This document shows, in pieces, positions 13,557-26,443 of a stretch of DNA of 64,000 nucleotides (the stretch's first letter is position 1; each line of letters opens with the position of its first letter). The position numbers were made by a program, and so were the translations under genes. Source of the DNA: Octopus vulgaris (taxonomy: Eukaryota); assembly GCA_951406725.2 (NCBI GenBank), contig OX597823.1:69812001-69876000 (forward strand), read 5' to 3'. The notes beneath the pieces were generated by a model. It made no database searches and was not told the origin of the DNA. It worked only from the letters and a program-made list of their open reading frames with translations.

Positions 13557-13656
13557 GATATCCTTAGCCTGAAGAGTAGCCGGCGTTATGCACCTCACTT
13601 GGATTTTAGCACTTCTGCGGTTCCGGTCGCTATGAAACATATGCAGCCCGGATATC
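13557..13656 (+). ncRNA. Type I hammerhead-like motif with long stem II (degenerate cleavage triplet)
   Basis: gatatcc-tta-gc CTGAAGA gtagc...gctat GAAAC atat GCA gc-cc-ggatatc. U16.1 is C in this copy. Confidence 0.6.
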
Positions 13657-13991
13657 CAGTGTAGTACAGTTTAGTACACTAGTTTAGCACTCTATTGATT
13701 AACTGGACTATGATGATAATTTTTTTAAAATACATTAACAGTTCCACAGATTTCTCTGGTTTTCAAAAGTTGAGATAGAAATACGTGGAGCTATGCTGCA
13801 ACTATCTTGCGGCACAGGTTCTTTTTGAAACACGTAGATATCTGTGAAACCGGTTAAGTCGTTTTCTGTTTCTACCTTTGGAATACAATAACTTTGTTTT
13901 CGATACATACATACTTATATGTATTTATGTTTATGTATGTATGTATGTATGTATGTATGTATGTATGTATGTATGTATGTATGTATGTATG

Positions 13992-14029
<38 letters not shown>

Positions 14030-14031
14030 TA

Positions 14032-14246
14032 TTCTTTTATTCTTTTACTTGTTTCAGTCATTTGACTGCAGCCATGCAGGAGCACCACCTTAAAGGTTTT
14101 TAGTCGATGAAATCGATCCCAAGACTTATTCTTTGTAAGCCTAGTACTTATTCTATAGGTCTATTTGACCAAACCGCTAAGTTACGGGACGTAAACACAC
14201 CAGTATCGTTGCGGGGAAAAACACAGACACAAACATAAATATATAC

Positions 14247-14287
<41 letters not shown>

Positions 14288-14430
14288 ACGGGCTTCTTTC
14301 AGTTTCCATCTACCAAATCCACTCACAAGACTTTGGTCGGTCCGAGGCTACTAGCCCAAGGTGCCATGCAGTAGGAGTACACCCGGAGCCATGTGGCTGG
14401 AGGGCAAGATTCTTACCACAGAGCCACACA
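14032..14430 (-). mobile_element. SINE family B
   Basis: Homologous to the reverse complement of 6647-7086. Confidence 0.8.
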
Positions 14431-14530
14431 TTTACAGAGGAACAGATAGGGAGATAAAAAGAGGAGATCGATATATGACGAGACAGCATATCTAGCCAAC
14501 TAGCATGTAAGACAGACAGACAGATAGAAT

Positions 14531-14633
<103 letters not shown>

Positions 14634-14698
14634 GGCTAAGTGAATTTACTAAATAAATAACTTTTATTCTGAAATCATACTGTATTAGCCTTTACAAT

Positions 14699-14729
<31 letters not shown>

Positions 14730-15739
14730 ATCGCATAATTGTGGTATATATTAGAAATTAATGGCCAATTTCCCATTTTATGTTAAGTGCCGAGATTTTT
14801 AAAAATAAAATCTTTGAATGTGTTATATTTAGGATTAACTTGAGCGTTTAAATTTGAAGATTTAGCTTTGAATTTTTATTTATCCAATACTGAACGCTTT
14901 TTTAAGAATGCTTGAACAACCTATAAATATCGAAAATTTTTCCAAGATTCAACTTAAAGGGTTTAGAACATTTAAATACCTGTCTTAGTATTTGATATAA
15001 GAGTTTTTCTATTTCTATTTATTATAATTTTCATTTTATTTCCTCCGATCTAAATTCAATCATCTTTCAGTATATTTTATATCTTTGCTATATAATTTAT
15101 TAACTTTATTCTACTGTTTATATACAACGATATTATCTATAAAAAATAAAATTAGAATAAAATGCAAAAATAATGTAACTGGGCAAATAACAATTATGTT
15201 ATCTTAAAACATCATTCGCGTCTCTTAAATGTACAAACTGTTTTTCACTTTATTATCAGGAAGAATCATAAATCAACTTTATCATTGACGTATGTTTATA
15301 TTCAATTTAAACTGGAAAATTAAACTCTATAGAGCTAATGATATTTAAGACGATACAGCTGATATTAAAATATTGTAAATTCCTTGAAAGCTCGAAAGGG
15401 ATTTTAAGAGCAGGCGTTTGGTTTTATTTCCTTGACTTTGAGTGAATAAAAGAAATGAAAATCTCCCTTGAATACAACACCAGTCAATTTTTATTGCACG
15501 ATACGAATTATTAGATTAATAGTGTCATGCAGAATTAATTGTATTGTTTCAATATATGACAGCTGGGTTCCGGATTTTAAAATACTTAGAAAGGTCTAAA
15601 ACACAATTTAGAAGTTAGTCTTTATTCTTAGTTTCATAACAGATCCACCATCTTGGATAGCACGATTGATTAACTAAGATTAAGAATTTGTCACCTCACC
15701 CGCCATGATCGGTTTAAAGTTTCAGGCGTATGTTATATC

Positions 15740-18010
15740 TCACGTGATTAAGTATTTTCTTGGTCTCGGTCTTTACTTGAGCAAGTGTCAGTCTTTTCTT
15801 GGTTATATATTCGTCTTTTTTAAGTCTGATATTTGTACTTTCTTACTCTATTCTATGTCTTTTCTTTATCTCGTCTCGGCCTTTTCTTAATCTGTTCGAG
15901 CTTTTCCTTGGTCTTATCCCAACCTTTGTTAATCTAGTTTTTGTTGTTTCTTGGTCTAGTCTCGGCTGTTTCTCGTTCTCGTCGCGGCTTCTTCTTGGTT
16001 TAGTCTCAGTCTGATGATGGTAATCCCTCAAGGTCGAGGATGATGGTCTTCGCGCAAATTTACTGGTGAGTCCGTAGGCGACCGATAAGACCAATTCTTG
16101 CTTGAAAAGATCGGTCGCAGTGCGGACATCTAGTGCTGGAAGGGAGAGTCGCATGTGGTTGTTGTTGGCGCTCCTCCCGTCGTCGTCTTTTCTCCTCCAG
16201 CTCTGCAGACCTTTTCGACTCGAAAGTCGCCGTTCCCTCATGGATGGTGGTTTTCCAGAGTGGTCTGTTTTTTGCCGTTTCCTCCCAGTTAGTGAAGTCG
16301 ATGTCACACTTTTTGAGGTTCGTTTTCAGGGAGTCCTTGTAGCGTTTCTTCTGGCCTCCTTTTCTACGCTTGCTGTCTTTGAGTTGGGAGTAGAAGATCT
16401 GTTTGGGAAGTCGTTCGTCAGTCATTCTAACCACGTGGCCGTTCCATCTTAGTTGGCCTTTGCTGACATAGGCTTCGATGCTGGTCATTTTTGCTTCTTG
16501 TAGCACGCTGACGTTTGTTCTTCTGTCTTCCCAGCTGATGTTAAGGATCTCCCGAAGACAGCGTTGGTAACATTTCTCGAGCGTTTTCAGGTTGTGACTA
16601 TACGGGGTCCAGGTTTCGAATGGTTCACATTTTCCAATGGGATTCCTTCGAGTTGAATCGATGGCGGGTTGTCAACACGGGCATTGGGAGGAGGTTGGTA
16701 GAGTAAGTGAGTCTTCTTGATGTTGATGCTCAGTTCAAGTTTAGTATATACATGATGAAAAGCATTTAGGATCTGTTGGAGGTGATCCTCTCTGTAAGCT
16801 GCTACACTGTTGTCGTCGGCATATTGGAACTCTAGCAAGCTTCGCGCCTTTGTCTTTGACGTACTTTTGAGGCGAGCGAGGTTGAAAAGCTTGCCGTCCA
16901 TTCTGTACGAGATCTCGATGCCAGGTGGGAGGTCATCTCGTATGATGTGCAACACTGTCGCGATAAGGATGGTAAAGAGAGTTGGCGCTATCACGCAGCT
17001 ATGCTTCACTCCGGAGGTGACTTTAAAGGGCTCAGAACTGCCTCCGTCGGTCTGGACTCTGGCGTGCATATTGTCGTGGAGGAGTTTGAGGATCCGGATG
17101 AACTTATCTGGGCATCCATACTGGGCGAGAATATCCCAGAGGAGCTCTCGCGAGACACGATCAAAGGCTTTGGATAGGTCGATAAAGACCAAATACAGCG
17201 GTTGGTGTTGCTCACGACATTTTTCTTGTAGCTGTCGCAGCGTGAAGATCATGTCGGTTGTGCTTCGTGATGGCCTAAAGCCGGTCTGCGTCTCAGGAAG
17301 GATCCTCTCTGACAGCGTTTTGAGGCGGTTGTTCAGGATGCGTGCAGGAATCTTCCCAGCAGTTGCTAATAAGGAAATACCCCGGTAATTTCCACACTCG
17401 GATCGTTCTGAGTCTCAGTCTATCTTAGTGTAGTCTCGATTTTATTTTGATTTCGATCCCGGTCTCTTCTTGCTTATGCCTCCGTCTTTTTTTGGTCTGC
17501 TCTCTCTGTTGTCTTGGTCTGTTCTTAGTGTAGCTATGGTCCCGGACGTTTTTTGTCTTAACTCGGTTTTTTCCAGGGCTAACCGTAATGTGTGTTTCAG
17601 TCTCGTTTCGGTCTTTTCTTGGTCTTCTTTCTGTCTTTTTTCACCTGGTCTTAGTGTTTCTTCGATCTCCATCTTTACCTGATCAGGTTTTGGTGTTTCT
17701 TTTTTTTTTACTCTGGTATTGGTCATTTCTCGATCATGGTGTTTTCTTGATCTGGTCTAATTCTTTTCCTGGTCTTTATTGTTATCGGTCTTTTCTCAGT
17801 CTAGTGTCTGTCTCAGTCTTTTCTTGATTTCATCTCAATCTTTCGCTTTTTGGTCTCAATGAATTTTCGGTCTCTGTCTTTTCATCACGTGGTGGTTTTC
17901 GTTGTGGTTTTCATCTCGGCCTTTTCTCCGTACGGCATTAACCTCAGTCTCTTCGTTTGTATTCTATCCTCGTCTTTTCTTCGTTTTGGACTTCTTTGGA
18001 CTTCCCTTTC
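15740..18010. repeat. Degenerate pyrimidine-rich minisatellite (recurrent ttcttggtct/ctcggtct), split by an RTE insertion
   Basis: The same low-complexity motif runs on both sides of the LINE (15740-16012 and 17411-18010). Confidence 0.65.
16013..17410 (-). mobile_element. RTE-clade LINE, 5'-truncated with an internal deletion
   Basis: RT motifs NYRGISLL, GFRPSRSTTDMIFTLRQLQEKCREQ, FIDLSKAFDRV and QYADD; C-terminal RWNGHVVRMTDERLPKQ and CPHC..LRTH; deletion near 16620; 11-bp TSD AGTCTCAGTCT at 16002-16012 and 17411-17421. Confidence 0.95.
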
Positions 18011-19229
18011 GGTTTCTTTGTGATCTTAGTCTTTCCAGAATCGTTTAGCGGGTATCCTCTTTCTTTGAGTGAGGTGAATGTAACATTATCACACGGGCTA
18101 GTACAAATTAATCATAATTTTGGCGAGAGTCTAACAATAGATATTGAATTTCCCCTCGGTGAGACATAGGCGTTTCTATTTTTGCAAACTCGTGAAATTA
18201 AAATATTATTCTGAAATAAATTTCATACTAAAACCTATATATTAAATTAACACAAATTTAATGAGTCGAAAACATTTACATTTTATATTAAATTATTTAC
18301 TAATCAATATTTATAATATCATTGCAGAACAGCTTACCTTACATGAACAGACATAAAATACACAAAAACACGCAATATAATTATACTTATATGTATGTAT
18401 ACATATATGGCGGCGGTTGTTGTGCGTGTGTTTGGTGGTTGGCTTGGTTGGAAAGAGGCTGCGAATATGGAAATGTATTTTTCTTTAAAAATAATGTTAT
18501 TTACATCAAAGAAGTAAATACCATTAACTTACTAATCGTTATCATTACATAAAGACGAACTGTAAGCCTTCCATTATTTTGCTTTGTTCCACTATTTTCA
18601 GGATTCATATCAGACAATTTAGTCTTCCACTCCTCCAGGCTCGATAAAACTAAGCCAGCCGTATACATCAATATAATGTAAATGTCTCTAAATAACTCCT
18701 TGCTCTTTTAGTGTCCGGTGCATGACTTTAGTTCCAGAACATTAAACACATGAAAAATTTATCTTGTTAAATAGAGTACTGCTTTATTACAGGCAACATT
18801 CTCGCATAACCTAGAAAATATTGTTAACAAGTTAACAACGAATTATAAGGTTTATAAACAAAACAAAATGGCGGCAGAGGATTTCAACACGATAATTCGT
18901 CTTTGTATGGAGTAACATAAGTTCACTGTGGACCACTCCATTTGCTATTCCACGTCTAAAAATGTGTATGACTCTGTCGTGTATATGTACCTGTGATTCG
19001 AACGATGCTGCTGTCGCATATACTGTGGCACTGATTTTTCTTGAGTAACACGTTCAGATTGCACGTATATTAAATGTGTATGAATCTCCGTGTGTATACA
19101 TATATGTATTTTTATATGTGTATGTATGTGTGTGAGTGTGTGTGTGTGTATGTGTGTGTGTGTGAACCATAACATGTCACATTCTTAGGATTACGGCTGT
19201 TTCGCAGGCTTTATCATACATACATATAT

Positions 19230-19814
19230 ATATTAGTTATCGCCATACTAATATGGCATTCTTATAAAAATAAGAATAAAGCTGTTTGTGTATCAAATAG
19301 CTAATTTAAGGCGCTGGCCTCATGGAGCTAATAAGCGGTCAGCTTTATTCTTATTTTTATAAGAATGCCATATTAGTATGGCGATAACTAATATTTTCCG
19401 GGAACGCTGCCGTTGTTCTCTTTTAGAGAGACTTAGTAATTTTAATATTTCTATTATTGAAAACAAGTGGATGTATTCCACCGAAGCTAGGTAAATAAAA
19501 CCTTTGAACAGAGATTGTCGGAAGCGACACCTACTGGTTTGGCTACGCTGCATTGAAAAGGGGCAATACCCTGAAACGCGTCTGTAGCTGCCGGGCAAGT
19601 AGTGTGGAGCGACTGACCTCCCTTGTTCAAAGGTTATATGGATACAGTTTGTGTATCAAATAGCTAACTTAAGGCGATGGCCTCATGGAGCTAATAAGCG
19701 GTCAGCTTTATGCTTATTTTTATAAGAATGCCATATTAGTATGGCGATAACTAATATTTTCCGGGAACGCTGCCGTTGTTCTCTTTTAGAGAGACTTAGT
19801 AATTTTAATATTTC

Positions 19815-19820
<6 letters not shown>
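19230..19820 (+). mobile_element. Non-autonomous Penelope-like/retrozyme-like element (inverted plus direct repeats, hammerhead)
   Basis: Direct repeats 19284-19457 and 19647-19820 (363-bp period), 55-bp inverted copy 19230-19284, hammerhead 19547-19588, TA-rich flanks. Confidence 0.8.
19547..19588 (+). ncRNA. Minimal type I hammerhead, U3-A8 variant
   Basis: gctgca TTGAAAA gggg-caata-ccct GAAAC gc GTC tgtagc; stems I, II and III all pair. Confidence 0.75.
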
Positions 19821-19866
<46 letters not shown>

Positions 19867-20119
19867 TGGTTCTCTAAAGTCTCTTCCTTCCGTTCTAACC
19901 TGATCAATTGTCTCGCAGGAGTTAAAATACTTCGGAAAGGAGTGAAATGGCCGATTATATAATACATTAGACTGACAGTTCATAACTTCTATATAGTTAC
20001 GTCACCCTCAGCTTACTCCTGATCAAAAGCGTCTAAGCCGTTACTAATCACGGACCTAACAAACTAAGAGTATATTATTCGAACTGTTCTCCTTTTTCCA
20101 ATCTTTATGTCATAAACTT

Positions 20120-20340
20120 TCAGTGTCCCGGGATTTTATTGTGTCATGAGATGAAAGTGTGTTGCGAGAGTTTAGTGTCTCAAGATTATTGTGCGTTACG
20201 AGATCTTAGCGTGTCACGAGACTTTAGTGATTTTCGTTAGCAGGGAAATTTTAAAGCGTATCACAATATTTTGGTGTGTTCCGGTATCATATTGCTCTAT
20301 GATAAATTATATTGATGTATCGTAAAATTTTCCGAGATCA
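20120..20340. repeat. Degenerate ~18-bp tandem repeat
   Basis: Recurrent variants of ttttagtgtgtcacgaga. Confidence 0.55.
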
Positions 20341-20626
20341 AAATAATATATTTCTGATTAAACATCGATTTCCAACTTTTACTGATAATGCTTACTGTCA
20401 TATACGTTAAATGAAACGTGTCGAGTAGAATATATTCTATTGAATAGATTACATTAAGTAGAATGCATTGAACAGAATACTTTACCCTGCATTCATGCTA
20501 GATGATTTTATTTTTTATTTAAATAATATAATTGTGGCAAATTGTGTTATTTTTGAGATGCAAAAAATATTCTTTTCTACTCTATGCACAAAACCCGAAA
20601 TTTTTGAGGATGGAGCTAGTCGATCA

Positions 20627-21520
20627 GATCGACCCCAGTACGCAATTGGTACTTAATTTACCGACCCCGAAAGGATGAAAGGCAAAGTCGACCCCGGCGG
20701 AATTTGAACTCAGAACGTAGCGGCAGACGAAATACCTATTTCTTTACTACCCACAAGGTTCTAATCACAGAGGGGACAAACAAGGACAGACAAACGGATT
20801 AAGTCGATTATATCGACCTCAATGCGTAACTGGTACTTAATTTACCGACCCCGAAAGGATGAAAGGCAAAGTCGACCCCGGCGGAATTTGAACTCAGAAC
20901 GTAGCGGCAGACGAAATACCTATTTCTTTACTACCCACAAGGTTCTAATCACAGAGGGGACAAACAAGGACAGACAAACGGATTAAGTCGATTATATCGA
21001 CCTCAATGCGTAACTGGTACTTAATTTATCGACCCCGAAAGGATGAAAGGCAAAGTCGACTTCGGCGGAATTTGAACTCAGAACGTAGAGGCAGACGAAA
21101 TACCTATTTCTTTACTACCCACAAGGTTCTAATCACAGAGGGGACAAACGAGGACAGACAAACGGATTAAGTCGATTATATCGACCCCAGTGCGTAACTG
21201 GTACTTAATTTATCGACCCCAAACGGATGAAAGGCAAAGTCGACCTCGACGGAAATTGAACACAGAACACAAAGACAGACGAAATACCTATTTCTTTATT
21301 ACCCACAAGGGGCTAAACACAGAGGGGACAAACAAGGACAAACATAGGTATTAAGTCGATTACATCGACCCCAGTGCGTAACTGGTACTTAATTTATCGA
21401 CCCCGAAAGGATGAAAGGCAAAGTCGACCTCGGCGGAATTTGAACTCAGAACGTAACGACAGACGAAATACGGCTACGCATTTCGCCCGGCGTGCTAACG
21501 TTCCTGCTAGCTAGCCGCCT
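20627..21520 (-). mobile_element. SINE family A with a 184-bp internal segment tandemly amplified about 5 times
   Basis: Unit starts at 20631, 20815, 20999, 21183 and 21367; a single tRNA-like head ends at 21520. Confidence 0.9.
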
Positions 21521-21645
21521 TGAGATGCATAAATATTTTGACATCTAAAGAGGAAAGCATTGCAAGTATCATTTGAGCGGGGTGGTTGCTAAAAAAATAT
21601 GCATATGTATACATACATACATACATACATACATACATACATACA

Positions 21646-21681
<36 letters not shown>

Positions 21682-21689
21682 TATATATT

Positions 21690-21721
<32 letters not shown>

Positions 21722-21723
<2 letters not shown>

Positions 21724-22055
21724 GCTAAAATTTGCCTTGTTTATAATTATACTATATGTTACATATTTATTATATCATACCTTGATATTGTGTGGACTAA
21801 GATACCCGTTGACAAGTTTCTGGTATTCATAGTGTTAAACACTTTCGGTATGCAAATTAGAGACTTCTTCATAGAGTAACTGCTGCATTTGTTACGTATA
21901 TAAACAGTTTGGCTGTTTGTTTCTCTAGTGACTGTCAGAATGGTGTGGACGTCTCTGATGAGAATCCCATAAGTTTCGAAAATCGATTCAGTCTGCGGAG
22001 AAATGGCTAAAACTTTGCCCTGTTTATAATCATACCATATGTTATACATATTATA
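21722..22055 (+). mobile_element. Retrozyme-like monomer with short direct repeats and a hammerhead
   Basis: tggctaaaa(c)tttgcc.tgtttataat repeated at 21722 and 22004 (282-bp period); hammerhead 21945-21996. Confidence 0.7.
21945..21996 (+). ncRNA. Type I hammerhead, canonical core
   Basis: gtggac-gtc-t CTGATGA gaatc-ccataa-gtttc GAAA atcgat TC a-gtctgc. Confidence 0.75.
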
Positions 22056-22429
22056 GTTTGCATGTTCGGCGCGGGAAGAGTGTCATTGTTTCTAATTTTG
22101 AAACATCATGTAAAACTGCGACTTTCGAATCGTCTCCATGTCATAAATATGGGCAACAATGCACGTATTGTGAATTTAGCCATGCGTCGAAATGTGCGCG
22201 AGATGATACGTAATAATCACAACTTTATTGCAGCCAGTTAGCATTTAACATTTGGTGGTCCATTTGTCTCTTTGTATTACATATTTTGAATCGATATTTT
22301 AAAATGCATGACAAGTTACCCCTCTGACAATCGTTATTGCCGGCCAAACAATAATTAATTTTTTATAGAAACAGAGCATGTGTGGAAGGGTGGGGGGAGC
22401 GACTTTAGTTGAAATTTATAAAATCTGAA

Positions 22430-23880
22430 ACAACTCTAAGCATGAGGAACACGGTAAACCAAAACGACTTTGCATTTAGAGAAGAGAACAGTTTTAAATG
22501 AATTTTTATACAGATAGCAATCTCTTTTCACAAGATGTATCAATGAAAATACTTATGTAATTCAAACAATTTATGAAGTGTATGCGAATTACTGCACAAA
22601 ATAGTCAAACCACTTATCTAAAGCAAATTTATTTAATAGTTACCGTAGCACAAATTGCAATTCTAGTAAATGTCAGATTGTTTGAGAATATTAGTTTAGT
22701 TGAGAGAGCAGTTTCCGATCATATAAAAGACATCACTAATGATATCCAAGTATCCTTCAAACAAGCAGCATCATAATTTGTCTTTCAAGTCATATCTGTA
22801 ATTGAGATAAGGTACAGAATAAATATGACCAAGATGTGTGCATTTGTACGGTAGACTTTATGATACAAAAATTATTTGCTTTATAATCAACGCATCTGTC
22901 AATCAGAGAAGGAGATTGTTTTTCTGAAGTTAGATTAGCAACGAATGATTTCTATTTTACATGCAAAAACCATGATGAAGCTGTTATTGCCGTTGTTGTT
23001 CAGCCTGGGTCAGTCGTAATCAAATGTATTCCAAATGAAATCAAATGTATACAATCAAATGTATTCCAATCATGAACATTCTGTCTTTTGGGTGAATACA
23101 GTATACCCAGGACCACATCATCCAGTGTGCTTTGGTTTTCTAAGATGGTAGCGTATGATTGAAAATTAGCTGCTGTTTCTATCAGATCAAGTATAGAGGC
23201 AGATGTTGCGTCATTTGTGGTAGATTCTAAACCAAATGACTCAACGCGTTAATCAGGAAAGAAACGAGAACCATCATAAATATTCTGATAGTTTAATAGC
23301 GTGTCATTGTCTTATTCACCAGTAAATTTTATGTTCACATTTTCTGAGAATGAATAATGTGATGAAAGTGCTAACATGTATAAACTTCATAAATGAAATA
23401 AGAGATTGAACAACAAAGACTTCAAAAATATTTTGAGGAACCTTGAAATGAAATATGGTGATTTATTGGAACCATTAGGAGGTTCGCTGACTCATCGAAG
23501 AGTGCCCAATCAATCGCTTCTGTGAGCTGAAAGATGAAAGATGAAACTTTTCATGACATTAAAGGCATTCCCCATTATGTAACTAGAAGACCAAAAATGT
23601 TATTTGATAACTTTGATCGATATCACTTGCCATTTAAATGATCTAACTTTGAAATTACAAGGCCGATGTAACGTATTACATTTTTTCTTGCCAACATCAA
23701 GAGCTTTGAATCAATGCTGCAATTGCTCATAGCAAAGCCGAAAACACGCTCGTGATACATTTTCCAACACTGAAAGAAAGGAAACAAAAAGAGATGGTAA
23801 GAATGTTTTAGACTAATTTAATCTTTCAGATCGATTCTGAAACGGGTTTCGAGATTTAAAAAATACTGGGCTAGGACAAG
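22430..23880 (+). pseudogene. Highly decayed hAT (Charlie/SPIN/GTF2IRD2-like) transposase
   Basis: Remnants FENISL..AVSDHIKDI, LRMNNVMKVLTCINFI, NLEMKYGDLL, DITCHLNDLTLKLQG and HFPTLKE, with many stops and frameshifts. Confidence 0.8.
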
Positions 23881-24109
23881 AAATATAAGTGATTTCTTTG
23901 ATGTGGTGAGGCAAGACCAAACTCTTCATTTGGATTGACAATTGATTTCTTTAACATCGCATAATACACCTGTATCTAACTATATATTTTGAAATAATGC
24001 TATGTAGATATTGAACAATATCAACTTTTATGGAATCACTAATTAAAAATTGCCTCAATATTTCCTAATACACACGGGTTAATAGATTTCCTTAGTTTTT
24101 AACTCAACC

Positions 24110-25015
24110 ACGTACCACCGATAAAATCACGATTAACAATCATTAATGTCAATAAATTTCAACCACAATCAATATAGCAGTCTGCTGCCATCGAAATAAC
24201 AACCGCTACCAACTTTCAATATAAGTAACCATTAACTACATAGAAACTGATTCTCAAAAAAGCAATCAACCATCCGAACAAAGACCAACTATCATTAAGA
24301 TTATGACCAGCCATTAAACTAACGAACAATTACCATCAAAATAACGACGAACAATCTTTAAAATAAGAATTAACTAGCATAAAAATAGCAACCAACCATT
24401 AAAATAACAGCACATATCATCAAAATAATAATAAACTATCTAATAATGATCATCCAATATCAAAATAACAATCAGCTACGATCAAAATAAGGATCAACCA
24501 TTATCAAAATAAAAATCAACCATCGAAATATTAAGCCGTTATCACAATTATAACTAGCCAGTATCCAAATTACAATTAACCATTATTAAAATCACCACCA
24601 CCCATCACAATAACGACCAGCCATCAAAAATAATGACCAATCATCATCAATAAAACGTCGAATGATAATCAAAATAACGAGTAACCATTATCTAAATAGC
24701 GAGCAAAGCCCACCATTAAAACTGATCAAAAAGCATTAAAATAATGAGAGAAAAAAGCACCATTAAAACGGCGATTGATCCGCATGAAAATGACGACCGA
24801 TCCCCAACAAAATAACTTCGAATCATCATCAAAACAAGGTCCACCAACAAAATACCGACAAACCCTTATCCAATAACAACAATGCCTCAAGCTAATCCAT
24901 CATCAAAATAATGACGATCCTCAAAATAATGACCACTATCAAAGATATCAGCCTACCACTGTCAAAATAACCAGTAACCATCAATTTAACGATCATCACC
25001 AGCCATCATCGCTCA
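24110..25015. repeat. Old ~19-22-bp minisatellite
   Basis: Dozens of diverged copies of aaaataacgaccaaccatcatc. Confidence 0.75.
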
Positions 25016-26319
25016 ACAAAATTCTATTTTATGGCAAGATAGTTTCTCTTCGTTGCGTAACATCTATTTTTTTATTCGATAAAACTGATACTCTGATCCC
25101 TCGTCTTAATCTTAAAGTTATTCTGATTCTTATTTTCTTTTTACTTTTCTTATTCTCTTATTCTTATTCTCATTTCTATTATTCAATTCCTGCTTCCTTT
25201 CATATACTTATTTTCATGACTCATTTATTCGTGTTTCTTAGTCTTACTTTTATTATCATGATTTCTTTTTATTGTATGGTTTTTTTTTTATTTTCTATTC
25301 TTATTCTCATTCTTATTCTTATTATTCATCATTTCCCTATTTTGTTTCTCGCAAATTCTTATTCCTAATGGTTTTATTTATCCATTCTTTTTTTGTAATC
25401 CCTTTCTTGGTTTTTATATTTTTACACTTTCAGTTAATGAAGTATATATTTGCATCATCGTCATCCTCATCATCATCATCATCATCATATGATCGTCCCA
25501 TCGTTACACCTCTACCACTATCATCATTATCCTCATCATTACCACCACCAACAACATTACTACCCTTATCATCATCATCATAATCACCATCGTCAACATA
25601 ATTATTATCATTATTATTATTATCATTATTATTATTATCATCATCATCGTCATCATCACTATTATTAACGTTCATTTCTGATTCGTAGTATTCAACTCTC
25701 GTTTTATTTTATCTTATATTATTCTTCCTGTGCCAATTTTTAATCATATTTTTTAGCCTTTTTCTTATTTCTTTTATCATTATCCTTTATTTATTCCGTT
25801 TCCAGTATTCTTTCTTTTCTGTTTTTTTCTCTATTTCATCTATTTTTTCTATTTTCCTTTTCTTATTTCCTTCTTTATATTACTTTCCCTTTTATTGTGT
25901 AATGTGGTATTATCACACATCATCTCATGTGATTCTATTTTTGTCGTATCTTTTTTTCTGTTTTTTTTTTTCTTTTTGACAATTTTCTTTCTTCCCCACC
26001 GCAATCCCTACCTTGATGCAACAGCACCATCAAAACCTTCAATGCTATCATCTCCATCACTTCTGCAAAAATGCTATCATCATCACCACCATCACTGCCA
26101 CTATTAGCTCTGTTATCACCACTTCTATCATCACCACTACTATCACAACTGCTGCTATCTTCACTGCCATCAGTAATACCATCATACCATCATTGTTATC
26201 ATCGCTTCCATTATTCCCCTCATCAGATCACCACTTGTATCATTAGCCATCATACCCACTAATAACAACACCACCGTTACTGATCCTACAAGAGCATTCC
26301 TGCCATCAGGAATATCTTG

Positions 26320-26421
<102 letters not shown>

Positions 26422-26443
26422 TAACAAACATGTATAGATGCCA

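Larger units (their letters stand above)
11375..13660. mobile_element. Large inverted-repeat element (Penelope pLTR-like) with a hammerhead-like motif, interrupted by a mariner
   Basis: About 11375-11900 is the reverse complement of about 12160-12450 plus 13380-13620. Hammerhead-like motif at 13557-13656. Confidence 0.75.

Noticed and set aside
19895-19975. CTGATCA...GAAA hammerhead candidate
   Set aside because: G8 is absent without compensation and the stems are not convincing.
20627-21520. CRISPR-like regular repeats
   Set aside because: The units are contiguous 184-bp SINE segments with no unique spacers, in a eukaryotic context with no cas genes.
22573-22776. ORF as a host gene exon
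   Set aside because: Better explained as part of the decayed hAT transposase.
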